Assembly: GCA_965209055.1 (NCBI GenBank)
Contig: OZ242374.1
Location: 2,368,001-2,432,000, forward strand
From: Acidobacteriota bacterium
GTDB taxonomy: Bacteria > Acidobacteriota > UBA6911 > RPQK01 > JAJDTT01
Length of the DNA stretch: 64,000 nucleotides
Reading direction: 5' to 3'
The translations under genes were made by a program, and so were the position numbers. The notes under the pieces were generated by a model. That model ran no database searches and was not told where the DNA came from. It worked only from the letters and a program-made list of their open reading frames with translations. Shown piece by piece: positions 38,802 through 48,255 of this stretch (positions within the stretch are counted from its first letter, which is position 1; each line of letters begins with the position of its first letter).

Positions 38802-39862
38802 AGCGATTCGTCCTCATGGTTTTCCAGGTCCAGGCCCAGATCGTCGGCCACGGCCAGAACCTCGCGCCAGGTGGCCTGTGGAAGGACAATGCCTTCCCGT
38901 CTCCGCCTTCGCCGCTCCCTGGCTTCCCGCTCGCCCGGAATCCGGATCTCGTCGAATCCGGGAGCCCTGGGGGACGCCTTGATTCGTTCCAGGAACCCCT
39001 GCATTTGGGCGTGAAATTTCTCCGGGCGGGCGAAGCTGGCCACGTTGATGACGTTGAGAAAGACGGCGTTCCCTCCCCGGATCCGGTCCCAGTCGGTGCA
39101 GCCGGCGCCGCTCAGGGCTCCGGCCAGCGCCTCCACCGCGAGCCCGAGGCCGAAGCCCTTGTATCCCGCCGGCCCCCCCAGGGGAAGCAGGGAACCGGGA
39201 GGGTCTTCCAGGATCACGCCCGGATCGTTGGTGGGGCGCCCGCGGCTGTCGATGAGCCAGCCGTCGGGAACCGGTTCCCCCAGATTATGCGCCAGAGCCA
39301 CCTTTCCGCCGGCGGCGACGGTGGTGGTCATGTCCAGGATCAGCGGTGTCCCGCCGGTGGGCACGCCGACCCCCATGGGATTGGTGGAGAGGCGGGGATC
39401 GATCCCGCCGAAGGCTGCGGCCAATCCGCGCTGACCGTGGGCGTTGGCCATCATGATGGCCGCCATGCCCTCGCCGGTGACCATTCTCAGGTAGTCGCTG
39501 AGGCGGCCCAGGTGGTTGCAGTGGCGCACGCTGACCACGCAGGTGCCGGCTTTCCGAGCCTTCCGGATGCCTCGGAGCGTGGCCTCCCGGACCACCACGT
39601 GTCCGAAGCCCCAGTTTCCGTCCAATACGAGAGTGGAACCGGTCTCCCGAATCACCTCCACCTGCGCCCCGGGGACGATCTCTCCATTGGAGATCTTGTT
39701 CACGTAGCCCAATAGCGAAAGTGTGCCGTGAGAATCGTGGCCCGACAGGTGGGCGTCGATCCCCAGCGAGGCAACGGTCTCGGCCTCAGCCGGTGTCGCC
39801 CCCGCCGCCACCAGGATGCGTTGCAGGATTCGGCTCAGAGCTTCAGGTTGAAATCCAGGCAC
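38798..39862 (-). CDS. Ldh_2 family (malate/L-lactate/sulfolactate-type) oxidoreductase
   Basis: GGAGG RBS before GTG 39862. Motifs GHDSHG, LDGNWGFG, NHLGRL, STNP, LDMTT, YKGFGL and IPGE. Confidence 0.9.
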   Translation of the reverse strand: MPGFQPEALSRILQRILVAAGATPAEAETVASLGIDAHLSGHDSHGTLSLLGYVNKISNGEIVPGAQVEVIRETGSTLVLDGNWGFGHVVVREATLRGIRKARKAGTCVVSVRHCNHLGRLSDYLRMVTGEGMAAIMMANAHGQRGLAAAFGGIDPRLSTNPMGVGVPTGGTPLILDMTTTVAAGGKVALAHNLGEPVPDGWLIDSRGRPTNDPGVILEDPPGSLLPLGGPAGYKGFGLGLAVEALAGALSGAGCTDWDRIRGGNAVFLNVINVASFARPEKFHAQMQGFLERIKASPRAPGFDEIRIPGEREARERRRRRREGIVLPQATWREVLAVADDLGLDLENHEDESL

Positions 39863-39905
39863 CTGATCCCCCTCCGACAGGGTCCACCGGCGGGCCGAAA
39901 TCTAA

Positions 39906-41095
39906 GGAAGGTCTGATTAAGTCCTCATATGGGGCGAAACAGACCTTGTATCCCTCCCTTTTTCGGATCCAGACGCTCTAACCTGGGATTTGCAACCCTG
40001 AATTGGTCTTGACCAAGCGATTGCGAGACGGTTTCCCCAGCCTCAAACACAGCCGTGCCGCATTCCGATCAGGCGGTCACACCGGAGCGCTCGGCGATCA
40101 TCAGATTGGCGAATCCCACCAGCAGATAGATCCGTTGGGTGTTTTTCGCCAGCCCGCGGTAGCGCACCTTGGCGTAGCCGAAATGCCGTTTCAGGTACCC
40201 GAACACATGTTCTGCCTTCGCCCGTACCGATGCCTTACGCCGCTCGGCCAACGCCGCCTCACTCTCCGGCGACAGCTGCCAACGCTTCCCGGGCTTCATC
40301 ATCACCTGCCAATCCACCGGCCGATCTCGATTCTCCGACCGCTTCTGCACTCCCTGGTATCCGGAATCCCCCCAAACTTGCGACTCCGAGCCGTGCAGCA
40401 ATTCGGAGGCCCGCGTCACGTCATGCTCGTTGGCCGGAGCCGTCACCACCGTGTGCGCCACCCCCGTCTGGGCGTCCACCCCCAGGTGGGCCTTCATTCC
40501 GAAATACCACTGTTTTCCCTTTTTCGTCTGGTGCATCTCCGGATCCCGCGCCCGATCCTTGTTTTTCGTCGAGGAAGGCGCCGCCAGGATACTCGCGTCC
40601 ACGATCGTCCCCCGGCTCAGCCGCAGGCCTTGACGCTGCAGGTGAGAACCGATCTCCTCGAACAGCGCCTCCCCCAGACCATGCTCCTCCAGCCGATGAC
40701 GGAACTTCAGAATCGTCGTCTCGTCCGGCAGCGGCCCTGTGAGCTTCAGACCCACGAACCGCCGCACCGACTCCACCTCGTAAAGCAGATCCTCCATCCC
40801 CGGATCGCTCAGGTTGTAAAACAACTGCACGCAGTGGATCCGCAGCATCGCCGAGAGCGGGTAGGGACGCCGGCCCCGTCCCGCTTTCGGGTAAAACGGC
40901 TCAATCCGGGCTTCCAACTGCTCCCACGGAATCAACCCGTCCATGCGGACCAGAAACTTCTCCCGACGGGTCACCCGCTTCTTGGCGTCGTATTCCAGAT
41001 CTGCGAACGTCCGTTGCGACATCGTCTTTCCCCCCACGCAGTGATGATGAAGGGATTATCGTGCAGAACGCTGACTCGACTTAATCAGACCTTCC
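39906..41095 (-). mobile_element. IS5-family insertion sequence (IS5 subgroup), 1190 bp, complete
   Basis: Perfect 18-bp terminal inverted repeats GGAAGGTCTGATTAAGTC (39906-39923 and 41078-41095), flanked by a 4-bp CTAA duplication (39902-39905 and 41096-41099) that fits the YTAR target of IS5. Confidence 0.97.
40069..41022 (-). CDS. IS5 family DDE transposase
   Basis: Motifs GRRPYPL, LPDETTILKFR, IVDAS (D), WYFGMKAH, GDSGY (D) and RAKAEHVF (E). Alternative GTG start at 41037. Confidence 0.96.
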   Translation of the reverse strand: MSQRTFADLEYDAKKRVTRREKFLVRMDGLIPWEQLEARIEPFYPKAGRGRRPYPLSAMLRIHCVQLFYNLSDPGMEDLLYEVESVRRFVGLKLTGPLPDETTILKFRHRLEEHGLGEALFEEIGSHLQRQGLRLSRGTIVDASILAAPSSTKNKDRARDPEMHQTKKGKQWYFGMKAHLGVDAQTGVAHTVVTAPANEHDVTRASELLHGSESQVWGDSGYQGVQKRSENRDRPVDWQVMMKPGKRWQLSPESEAALAERRKASVRAKAEHVFGYLKRHFGYAKVRYRGLAKNTQRIYLLVGFANLMIAERSGVTA

Positions 41096-42172
41096 CTAAC
41101 CTGGGACCGAGTAATGGGCCAGGGCATCCCGGTCGAGTTTCAGACCGTGGCCCGGCCGGTCGGGCGCGATGGCATGGCCGTCTTCGAAGCGGATCGGCTC
41201 CTGGGCCAGGACGTTCCACATCAGATCGGAGAACTCCATGTAGAGGCACTCGGGAAAACTCACCGCCGCGTGGACCCCGGTCTCCAGAGGAGTGTTTCCC
41301 AGGGCGACGGGAATCCCGTAGTCGCCCGCCAGCCGGGCGGCCGTCCGCGATTCGGAGATGGACGTGTGCACGTTCAGCACGTCCACGGCGGCGGCCTCCA
41401 GCAGGCGCCGCTTCCCGGAGAAGCCCAGGTATTCCCCGGTGTTGATGCGGGTGAAGGGAATCTCGGCACAGAGCATCCGGTAGCCGTCCAGATCGTTGCG
41501 GTCGATGGGGTCCTCCATCCAGTAGATCTCGAACCCCTCGTCGCGGTAGCGGTGAAGCCGCAACAGGGCCTCCTTGGGTGACCAGGCCTCGTTGGAATCG
41601 ATCATGAGGTCCGGTTCGGGCCCCATCACCTGGCGGGCGATGGCCATCCGGGCCAGATCCCACTCCACGTCGGGGTGGCCCACCTTGATCTTCATGGCCT
41701 TGAATCCCTGCTCCCGGAACCGGATCAGCTTGGCCCGGAACTCGTCGTCCGTCAGATGGAAGTCGAGGGTGCTCCCGTAGGCCCGAACCCGGGTCCGGGT
41801 CCCTCCCAGCAGCCGGTAGAGGGGGAGATCCAGGTGCTTGGCCATCAGGTCCCAGAGCGCCGTCTCCACAACGAGGGCGAAGGGAGAGGCGCCGACGTTT
41901 CCGCCCCGGGGCCGCTCGATGCGATTGGCAAGGGTGAAGGGGTTCGCTCCCAGGAGGCCAGGCCAGGTCTGGAACTCGAATTGTTCCTTCAGTTCCTTCA
42001 GGGCGGCCGTAGGCATCCCCTGCTGGACCTGAAAACCGACTCCCCGCAGGCCGGTGTCGGTCTCCAATTCCAGAATCGTTCCCCGGTGATCCACGAAGCG
42101 GACCTGGGAATCGCCGATGGGGTGGGGCAGAGGGAGATGGACTCTGTGGATTTCGTACTGTTTCAGCTTCAT
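41096..42172 (-). CDS. Enolase-superfamily (mandelate racemase-like) enzyme
   Basis: Motifs ETALWD, MKIKVG, IDSN, MEDP, GEY and PGHG. Its stop codon lies inside the IS target duplication. Confidence 0.88.
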   Translation of the reverse strand: MKLKQYEIHRVHLPLPHPIGDSQVRFVDHRGTILELETDTGLRGVGFQVQQGMPTAALKELKEQFEFQTWPGLLGANPFTLANRIERPRGGNVGASPFALVVETALWDLMAKHLDLPLYRLLGGTRTRVRAYGSTLDFHLTDDEFRAKLIRFREQGFKAMKIKVGHPDVEWDLARMAIARQVMGPEPDLMIDSNEAWSPKEALLRLHRYRDEGFEIYWMEDPIDRNDLDGYRMLCAEIPFTRINTGEYLGFSGKRRLLEAAAVDVLNVHTSISESRTAARLAGDYGIPVALGNTPLETGVHAAVSFPECLYMEFSDLMWNVLAQEPIRFEDGHAIAPDRPGHGLKLDRDALAHYSVPG

Positions 42173-43654
42173 TCAATTTCCTTGAAAGTAGGAGACGATG
42201 ACACGGACTCCCAGGGAGAACATGACGGCGCCGGCAACGGCGGTGGCCAGCCGGAGCTTCCAGCTCATGCGCAGCGGGGGCGGCAGCCGGTAGCGGTCGG
42301 CCCAGATCATGGCGAAGCACCAGAGTCCGCAGGCGGCAATTCCGCCGCTGATCACTCCCGTGAAGGTGACGCGCCCGAGCACGTCGCCGGCGATCTCCTT
42401 GGGGAGCCAGACCAGCAGCAATCCGCCCAGAAAGCAGTAGATGATGGTCACCGTTCTCAGGGACTTGAAAAAGGGGCGCTCCACGAAACGGGGAAAGATG
42501 CTGCGCACTCCTTCGGAGATGACGCGGGAGTAGACCTCGAAAGCCCCGTAGAGGGTCCCGATGAAGGCCAGGAAGACGCCCACCCGGTAGAGCCACTTGA
42601 GTTGAGGATGCAGGGTGGTCAGGAAGGACTCCTGGACGGTGAGGAACTCGCTGCCGTCGGGAATCGCCCGGTTCGGGTTCAGCACCATGGATCCCAGGAT
42701 GGCGAAGAGCAAGGTCACCAGGATGACGAAGGTGAAGGAGAGGGTGGTGTCCAGCAGAGGAGCCCGGGTCCAGATGCGGGCCCGCTCGACCGCCTCCGAG
42801 GCGGAGTTCCGAGCCGCCTCGGCCAGTTCCCGGCTGCCGGCGACACGAATCCCCGCCAGTCCCCATTTCTTCTCCCGAAGGAAGCCGATGTACCCCACGT
42901 AGTCCTGGCTGCCTCCTCCCACCGCACCGATGTAGAGCAAGACCTCCAGCCAGGGACTGCGCCCGGAGAATGTCTGGGAATATTTCTCCAGGACCCAGGG
43001 CTGGTAGTCGCTGACCCGAGGGAGAAAGAGCCCTTGGAACAGGTCAGGAATGTTGGGCCCCAGGATCACCACGGCCGAAGCAATGCACAGCACCATGATC
43101 CCCAGGATCACGGTGGAGAGGCGCTCCACAATGTCGTAGGTGGAGATCAGCGCCAGGATCAGGCAGGCGGTCAGGACCACCGTGGCCCAGACATTGAGCC
43201 AGAATTCCAGGTGTTGCCAGGGGCCGACGCCTGCCCCCTCCACGGTTCCTCCCATGAGCCGATGAATGAAGGTCGCCAGGATCTCGGGAAGGGCCGAGAA
43301 CCCCACCAGCATGAGCATGACCGCGGGGAGGACGATGAGCAGCGGAAACGCCATTCCCACCACCGGCATGGAGCACCAGGTGGTCATGGGATGCTCTCCG
43401 GTCAGGACGATGTGCCGGGAGGCGGTGTAGACCTGGATCCCCTTGAAGATGCCGGCGTAGAGAAAGCACCAGAGCATTCCATAGCCGAAGATGGCGCCGC
43501 TCCGGGAGGCGAAGACCAGCTCGCCGCTGGCGATGGTCACCGAGGCGATGATGACGCCGGGGCCCACGAAGACCCAGAGCGAGGAGAGGGTCGGACGCCG
43601 CAGCAGCGACGGCGGGGAGGGATAGACGTGCGGGTCCGACTCGGGCCGAATCAC
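42173..43654 (-). CDS. Nramp-like (YcsG-type) membrane transporter of unknown substrate
   Basis: GPGVIIASVTIASGEL and GAVGG motifs with about 11 hydrophobic segments. No DPGN motif. Confidence 0.72.
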   Translation of the reverse strand: MIRPESDPHVYPSPPSLLRRPTLSSLWVFVGPGVIIASVTIASGELVFASRSGAIFGYGMLWCFLYAGIFKGIQVYTASRHIVLTGEHPMTTWCSMPVVGMAFPLLIVLPAVMLMLVGFSALPEILATFIHRLMGGTVEGAGVGPWQHLEFWLNVWATVVLTACLILALISTYDIVERLSTVILGIMVLCIASAVVILGPNIPDLFQGLFLPRVSDYQPWVLEKYSQTFSGRSPWLEVLLYIGAVGGGSQDYVGYIGFLREKKWGLAGIRVAGSRELAEAARNSASEAVERARIWTRAPLLDTTLSFTFVILVTLLFAILGSMVLNPNRAIPDGSEFLTVQESFLTTLHPQLKWLYRVGVFLAFIGTLYGAFEVYSRVISEGVRSIFPRFVERPFFKSLRTVTIIYCFLGGLLLVWLPKEIAGDVLGRVTFTGVISGGIAACGLWCFAMIWADRYRLPPPLRMSWKLRLATAVAGAVMFSLGVRVIVSYFQGN

Positions 43655-43655
43655 G

Positions 43656-44894
43656 TCAGCGCCGCTTCCTCAGGTCCAGGCAGGCGATGTGGTGATGGTC
43701 GCGGGCGTAGAGCCGTCCTCCGGCCAACGCCGGCGGAGTCCAAGCCCGGTGCTGGAGAATCTTTTTCACGCCCGTCTGCCGGTACCCTTCCGGTGTGGCC
43801 TGAACCATGGCGATGTGGCCCTGTTCCCCCAGGACGATGAGGTGGCCCTGCGCCGCGATCAGGGAACCCTTGCCCACGCTGCGATGGGCCCAGAGGACCT
43901 CCCCGTCCGTCAGCCGCATGCACTTGAGGACCGAGTTGTCGAACCCGTAAAGGTATTCTCCCACCAGCACGCACCCGTTGTAGTGGTTCTGCATGATCTC
44001 CGTGGTCCAGACGAACTTGGACTCCACGCTGTCGCCTTTCGGGGTCAGACGCAGGAGGCCGCTTCCGGTTCCGCGTCCCGAGGAGATGAACAGGTACGGA
44101 TTGGCGAAAATCGGCGTGGCGATGTTCATGTCCGACGTGGTCCGCCACTCATGCTTCCAATGGAGCTTCCCGTCTCCCGGCGACAGGCCCATGATGGCGC
44201 GTCCTCCGAAGAAGACGACTTCCCGGATCCCGCCGACCGTGATGGCGATGGGGGAGGAATAGCTGGCCACCTCGTCCAGCGCCTTCCAGATCACCTTCCC
44301 CGACTCTTTGTCGAAGGCAACGACGGAAGCTCCCGGCGCACCCACGTTCACCAGGAGCATGTTCTCTTCCACCAGGGGAGAGGTGGAAACGCCCCAGATC
44401 AGGTTCTCCGCACCCATCTCCTCCAGGATCTCCCGTTTCCAGATCACCCTTCCCGAGCGCTTGTCCAGGCAGAGCAAGGTTCCCGTCGCCCCCAGGGCAT
44501 AGACTCGCGGGCCGTCGACGGTGGGTGTCGAGCGGGCGCCGTTGCCCCCTTGGTATTCCTTGTACGAAGCCGCCGAGAGCGCCTTCCAGAGTTCCAGTCC
44601 CGTGCCCGTGTCCAGGCACACGACCCACTCCTCGTCGTCCCGGTCGACCATGGTGTAGAGGCGTCCCTGGGAGACGGAGAGGGAGGAAAAGCCCTCGCCC
44701 CCTTCCACCTTCCAGACCAGGGGAGGACCGGGCTGGGACCACGCGGTGATGATCCCCTGCTCCCTGGAGATTCCGTCGCGGGCCGGACCGCGCCATTGGG
44801 GCCAGTCGGCGGCCGCCAGTTCCGCCGCCGACATGGGAAGGGCCAGCGGCGCCCAGAACGTCAGTGCCAGAAGGACTCTGCTCCTGCTCATCAT
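43656..44894 (-). CDS. Secreted PQQ-like (BamB-type) beta-propeller repeat protein
   Basis: Signal peptide, DWPQWRGP and repeated (C/A)(L/F)Dxx(T/S)GxxxW units. Start uncertain (44894-44939). Confidence 0.85.
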   Translation of the reverse strand: MMSRSRVLLALTFWAPLALPMSAAELAAADWPQWRGPARDGISREQGIITAWSQPGPPLVWKVEGGEGFSSLSVSQGRLYTMVDRDDEEWVVCLDTGTGLELWKALSAASYKEYQGGNGARSTPTVDGPRVYALGATGTLLCLDKRSGRVIWKREILEEMGAENLIWGVSTSPLVEENMLLVNVGAPGASVVAFDKESGKVIWKALDEVASYSSPIAITVGGIREVVFFGGRAIMGLSPGDGKLHWKHEWRTTSDMNIATPIFANPYLFISSGRGTGSGLLRLTPKGDSVESKFVWTTEIMQNHYNGCVLVGEYLYGFDNSVLKCMRLTDGEVLWAHRSVGKGSLIAAQGHLIVLGEQGHIAMVQATPEGYRQTGVKKILQHRAWTPPALAGGRLYARDHHHIACLDLRKRR

Positions 44895-44935
44895 TTCTTC
44901 TCTCCAATTCATTTCTCTCGACCGCGGCCGAGCGT

Positions 44936-45358
44936 TCAAGATCCACCTCCGGGAGAATCATGTCGGATCCTGGATCGGCCTCGATGGGACGCCGGCGGGT
45001 CGCCTTCCAGATAGGTGGTCCCCAGGAAGGGGTCCTTGACCGGGAAGAAGGCGAGGATCCGGGCCGTGCCGGGACCGGGATTGATGAATCCGTGGGGGGT
45101 GCGTGCGGGTACCACCACCGTATGTTCGGGACCGACGCGATGCGTCTCCGAACCCAGGCGAAACTCCAGGGTCCCCTCCTGAACCACAATGAACTCCTCG
45201 GCCTCGTGAAAGTGCAGCGGCGCCCCCGCACCCGTTCCCACCAGAGCCCAGGATACGCTGCTGGTGGTGGTTCCATCACCGTCGCGGGTGATGTCATAGC
45301 TCCGGTAGTTGGGTCTCCACGGCTTCTCGGGCAGGCTGCGGTGTTCTACTATGGGCAT
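44936..45358 (-). CDS. Cupin domain protein
   Basis: PLHFHEAEE and VPARTPHGF metal-binding cupin motifs. Confidence 0.85.
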   Translation of the reverse strand: MPIVEHRSLPEKPWRPNYRSYDITRDGDGTTTSSVSWALVGTGAGAPLHFHEAEEFIVVQEGTLEFRLGSETHRVGPEHTVVVPARTPHGFINPGPGTARILAFFPVKDPFLGTTYLEGDPPASHRGRSRIRHDSPGGGS

Positions 45359-45423
45359 GGGTTTCGGCTCCTGTTCGAATGCTGGGATTGTAGCCGACCC
45401 GCCGCTGGAAAAGAATCCACGAC

Positions 45424-47013
45424 ATGTCTCAAACCGCTGCCGGGAACCTGGTCGACTGCCTGTTGGAATGTGGGGTGCGCCATCTCTTCACCCTGTCAGG
45501 GAACCAGATCCTCTCCCTCTACGACGCCACCATCGGCCGGGATCTGAAACTGATCCACACCCGCCACGAGGCCGCCGCCGTGCACATGGCCGATGCCTGG
45601 GGCCGGTTGCAGGAAACTGCCGGGGTCGCTGTGGTGACAGCGGGACCAGGGCACTGCAACTCTATCGGCGCCCTCTACGTGGCGCTCCAGGTCGAGTCGC
45701 CTCTGGTCCTCATCAGTGGACACTCGCCCTTAAGCCAATTGGGGAATGGAGCCTTCCAGGAGATGGACCAGGTGGCCATCGCGGCTCCCGTGACCAAGGC
45801 CTCTTGGCGGGTCGATGCCCCGGAACGGGCGGCGGCCGCCCTCGACGAGGCTTTGGCTCTGGCCGGTTCAGGGAGGCCGGGACCGGTTCATCTCAGCATT
45901 CCCAGCGACGTCCTGGCCGCAACAGCGGAAATCTCTGACAGGCCTCCCCGGAAGCAGAACCCGCCGGAATCCATTGCGCAGGAAGACGCTGAGCAGGTCC
46001 TGCGCCTTCTGGCCGGAGCTCGGCGGCCTCTCCTGCTGGCCGGCGCGGCCATGTCGCGGCCGCTTCGGTGGCAAACGGTGAGGGAACTCGCCCGCGCCTG
46101 CGGCGCGCCGGCTCTCAAGATGGAGAGTCCCCGGGGCGTCAACGATCCTCGACTCTACGGGGCGTCCCGGTTGTTCGGCCGCGCCGACCTGGTGGTGCTG
46201 CTGGGGAAGGACCTGGATTTCGCCCTCCGCTTCGGAGGGCCTCCCTTCGCAGCCGATTGCAGGTTCGTCCAAATCGCCGCGCCGGGGCACCCGGCTCCGG
46301 ATCACCCGAAAACCGTGCTGAGCCTGGGGGCCGATCCGGCCACGGCAGCGCTGCAACTGGCTCGCCGGTGTCGCGGAAACGGCTCCGCTTTCGATTCGTG
46401 GCGCCGCGCCGTCGAGTCGGCCCGTTCGGAAACGCCTGCCGAGTGGGAAGATTGGCGGGGTGGCGCGCAGAGTCCGATCCATCCTCTCCGCGTCTGCGAA
46501 GGCCTCCGTCCGTTCCTGACCGACACCGCCGTGGTGGTGAGCGATGGAGGGGAGTTCGGTCAGTGGGCACAGGCCGGACTGGACTCCCGAGTGAACCTGA
46601 TCAACGGGCCGTCGGGCGCCATCGGAAGCGCGATCCCCATGGCGCTCGCCTGCCGGTTGGCCCGGCCCGGACAACCGGTCTTCGCCTTCCTGGGAGACGG
46701 GACCTTCGGATATCACGCCCTGGAATTCGATACGGCCCTGCGTTACCGGCTTCCCGTCGTGGCCATCGTCGGCAACGATGCTCGCTGGAATGCGGAATAC
46801 CAGTTGCAACTGGACCATTACGGGCCCGAGCGGACGGTGGCCTGCGAGCTTCTCCCGACTCGATACGACCAGGCGGTAGAAGCCCTGGGCGGCCACGGGG
46901 AGTGGGTGCCGGAGCCGGACCAGTTGGAACCGGCGTTGGAACGAGCTCTCGATTCCGGCCTCCCTGCCTGTGTGAACGTCGCCGTCGAGGGCGTGAAAGC
47001 CCCCGCGTTCTAA
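45424..47013 (+). CDS. Thiamine-diphosphate-dependent enzyme (acetolactate synthase / 2-hydroxyacyl-CoA lyase-like)
   Basis: Motifs RHEAAAVHMADAW, TAGPG, FQEMDQ, GRPGPVHL, DGGEF and the ThDP motif GDGTFG...N. Confidence 0.88.
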   Translation: MSQTAAGNLVDCLLECGVRHLFTLSGNQILSLYDATIGRDLKLIHTRHEAAAVHMADAWGRLQETAGVAVVTAGPGHCNSIGALYVALQVESPLVLISGHSPLSQLGNGAFQEMDQVAIAAPVTKASWRVDAPERAAAALDEALALAGSGRPGPVHLSIPSDVLAATAEISDRPPRKQNPPESIAQEDAEQVLRLLAGARRPLLLAGAAMSRPLRWQTVRELARACGAPALKMESPRGVNDPRLYGASRLFGRADLVVLLGKDLDFALRFGGPPFAADCRFVQIAAPGHPAPDHPKTVLSLGADPATAALQLARRCRGNGSAFDSWRRAVESARSETPAEWEDWRGGAQSPIHPLRVCEGLRPFLTDTAVVVSDGGEFGQWAQAGLDSRVNLINGPSGAIGSAIPMALACRLARPGQPVFAFLGDGTFGYHALEFDTALRYRLPVVAIVGNDARWNAEYQLQLDHYGPERTVACELLPTRYDQAVEALGGHGEWVPEPDQLEPALERALDSGLPACVNVAVEGVKAPAF

Positions 47014-47078
47014 GGCGTTTATCGAGCCTCGACGGGTTTCTTGACCCCCTCTTCGAGGCCGGGATAGACTGCGCCCTC

Positions 47079-48176
47079 ATGAGTTCCGAGCCCCTGCAGG
47101 ATCAGGCCAGGTCCCGGCGTGACGAATTGGACGCTCACGTCCGGGCCATGGTCCAGTGGCATTTCGACCCCGAGACGGGGTGCCCCTTCTGGCTCGACTG
47201 GGCCGGCAAGGCGGACTGGGATCCTCGCCAGGAGGTCAAGGGCCTGGACGACCTCTCCCGTTTCGGCCTGTTCGACGACGATTGGCTGAGGGGCGGGCCG
47301 GTACGCCGCTGGGTCCCCCGGGCCTATGCCCAGGATCCCGTCTTCGTCTTCGAGACCGGGGGGACCACCGGAACCCCCAAGAGCCGGGTCAACGTGCGGG
47401 ACTTTCGGGTGGACTACGAACTTTTCTCGGAGACGCTGGCGCCGGAGCATTTCCCCCTGAATTCCAACTGGCTCATGTTGGGCCCGTCAGGCCCGCGCCG
47501 CCTGCGTCTGGCCGTGGAGCACCTGGCCCATCATCGCGGCGGAATCTGCTTTTGCGTGGACCTGGACCCCCGCTGGGTCATCAAGCTCATCAAGAAGGGG
47601 TGGACGGATCACCTGAAGGCCTACCAGGAGCATGTGATCGACCAGGCCATGACCCTTCTTTCCGCCGGCCACGAGATCCGCTGCCTGTTCACCACCCCCA
47701 AGCTGCTGGAAGCGCTGTGCGACAGGCTGGAGGATCAGGGAACCAGTCTGCGCGAAACCGGAATCACCGGAATCTTTTCCGGCGGGACGGAGTTTACGCC
47801 CCAGTGGTACCGATTCGCCGTGGAGGAGCTCCTGGACGGCGTCTACATGACGCCGACGTACGGAAACTCCCTCATGGGACTGGCCGCCTCCAAGGCCTTC
47901 GACCCGGCGGAGAACTACAAGATCACCTACTATGCGCCGCAGCCCAGGGCGGTGTTGCGGGTCGTGGACTTCGACGACACGGAGAAGGTCGTCGGTTACG
48001 GCGAGACGGGCCGGGTCCTGTTGACCACCCTGACTCCCGAGCTGTTCATTCCCCAATTCCTGGAGCGGGACGAAGGGGAGCGGGAGCCCCCCTGTGCGCA
48101 ATACCCCTGGGACGGCGTGAGCGGCGTTCGCCCGTTTCACCGCTTTGCCGCCACCACGACGGTGGGAGTCTACTAG
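47079..48176 (+). CDS. EhpF-like truncated ANL-superfamily adenylating enzyme
   Basis: ATG 47079. Motifs WHFDPETGCPFW, FETGGTTGTPK (P-loop), DLDPRWV, TTP, GGTE, YG, GETGRV, ERD and a C-terminal GVY match my recollection of the EhpF pattern. 365 aa. Confidence 0.75.
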   Translation: MSSEPLQDQARSRRDELDAHVRAMVQWHFDPETGCPFWLDWAGKADWDPRQEVKGLDDLSRFGLFDDDWLRGGPVRRWVPRAYAQDPVFVFETGGTTGTPKSRVNVRDFRVDYELFSETLAPEHFPLNSNWLMLGPSGPRRLRLAVEHLAHHRGGICFCVDLDPRWVIKLIKKGWTDHLKAYQEHVIDQAMTLLSAGHEIRCLFTTPKLLEALCDRLEDQGTSLRETGITGIFSGGTEFTPQWYRFAVEELLDGVYMTPTYGNSLMGLAASKAFDPAENYKITYYAPQPRAVLRVVDFDDTEKVVGYGETGRVLLTTLTPELFIPQFLERDEGEREPPCAQYPWDGVSGVRPFHRFAATTTVGVY

Positions 48177-48255
48177 GCATTTGCGCTCTCTATCATCGGC
48201 GCCAAATCAAATCGGACCGTAGTAGACTGGGAAATCAAAATCCGGGAGGGATTCG

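Noticed and set aside
43656-44894. PQQ-dependent dehydrogenase or true BamB
   Set aside because: Only generic propeller repeats are present, with no catalytic signatures, lipobox or bam context.
46068-48176. 702-aa ORF suggesting a ThDP/EhpF fusion or frameshift
   Set aside because: The N-terminal half is an off-frame reading of the ThDP gene, which ends normally at 47013. The real CDS begins near 47079.
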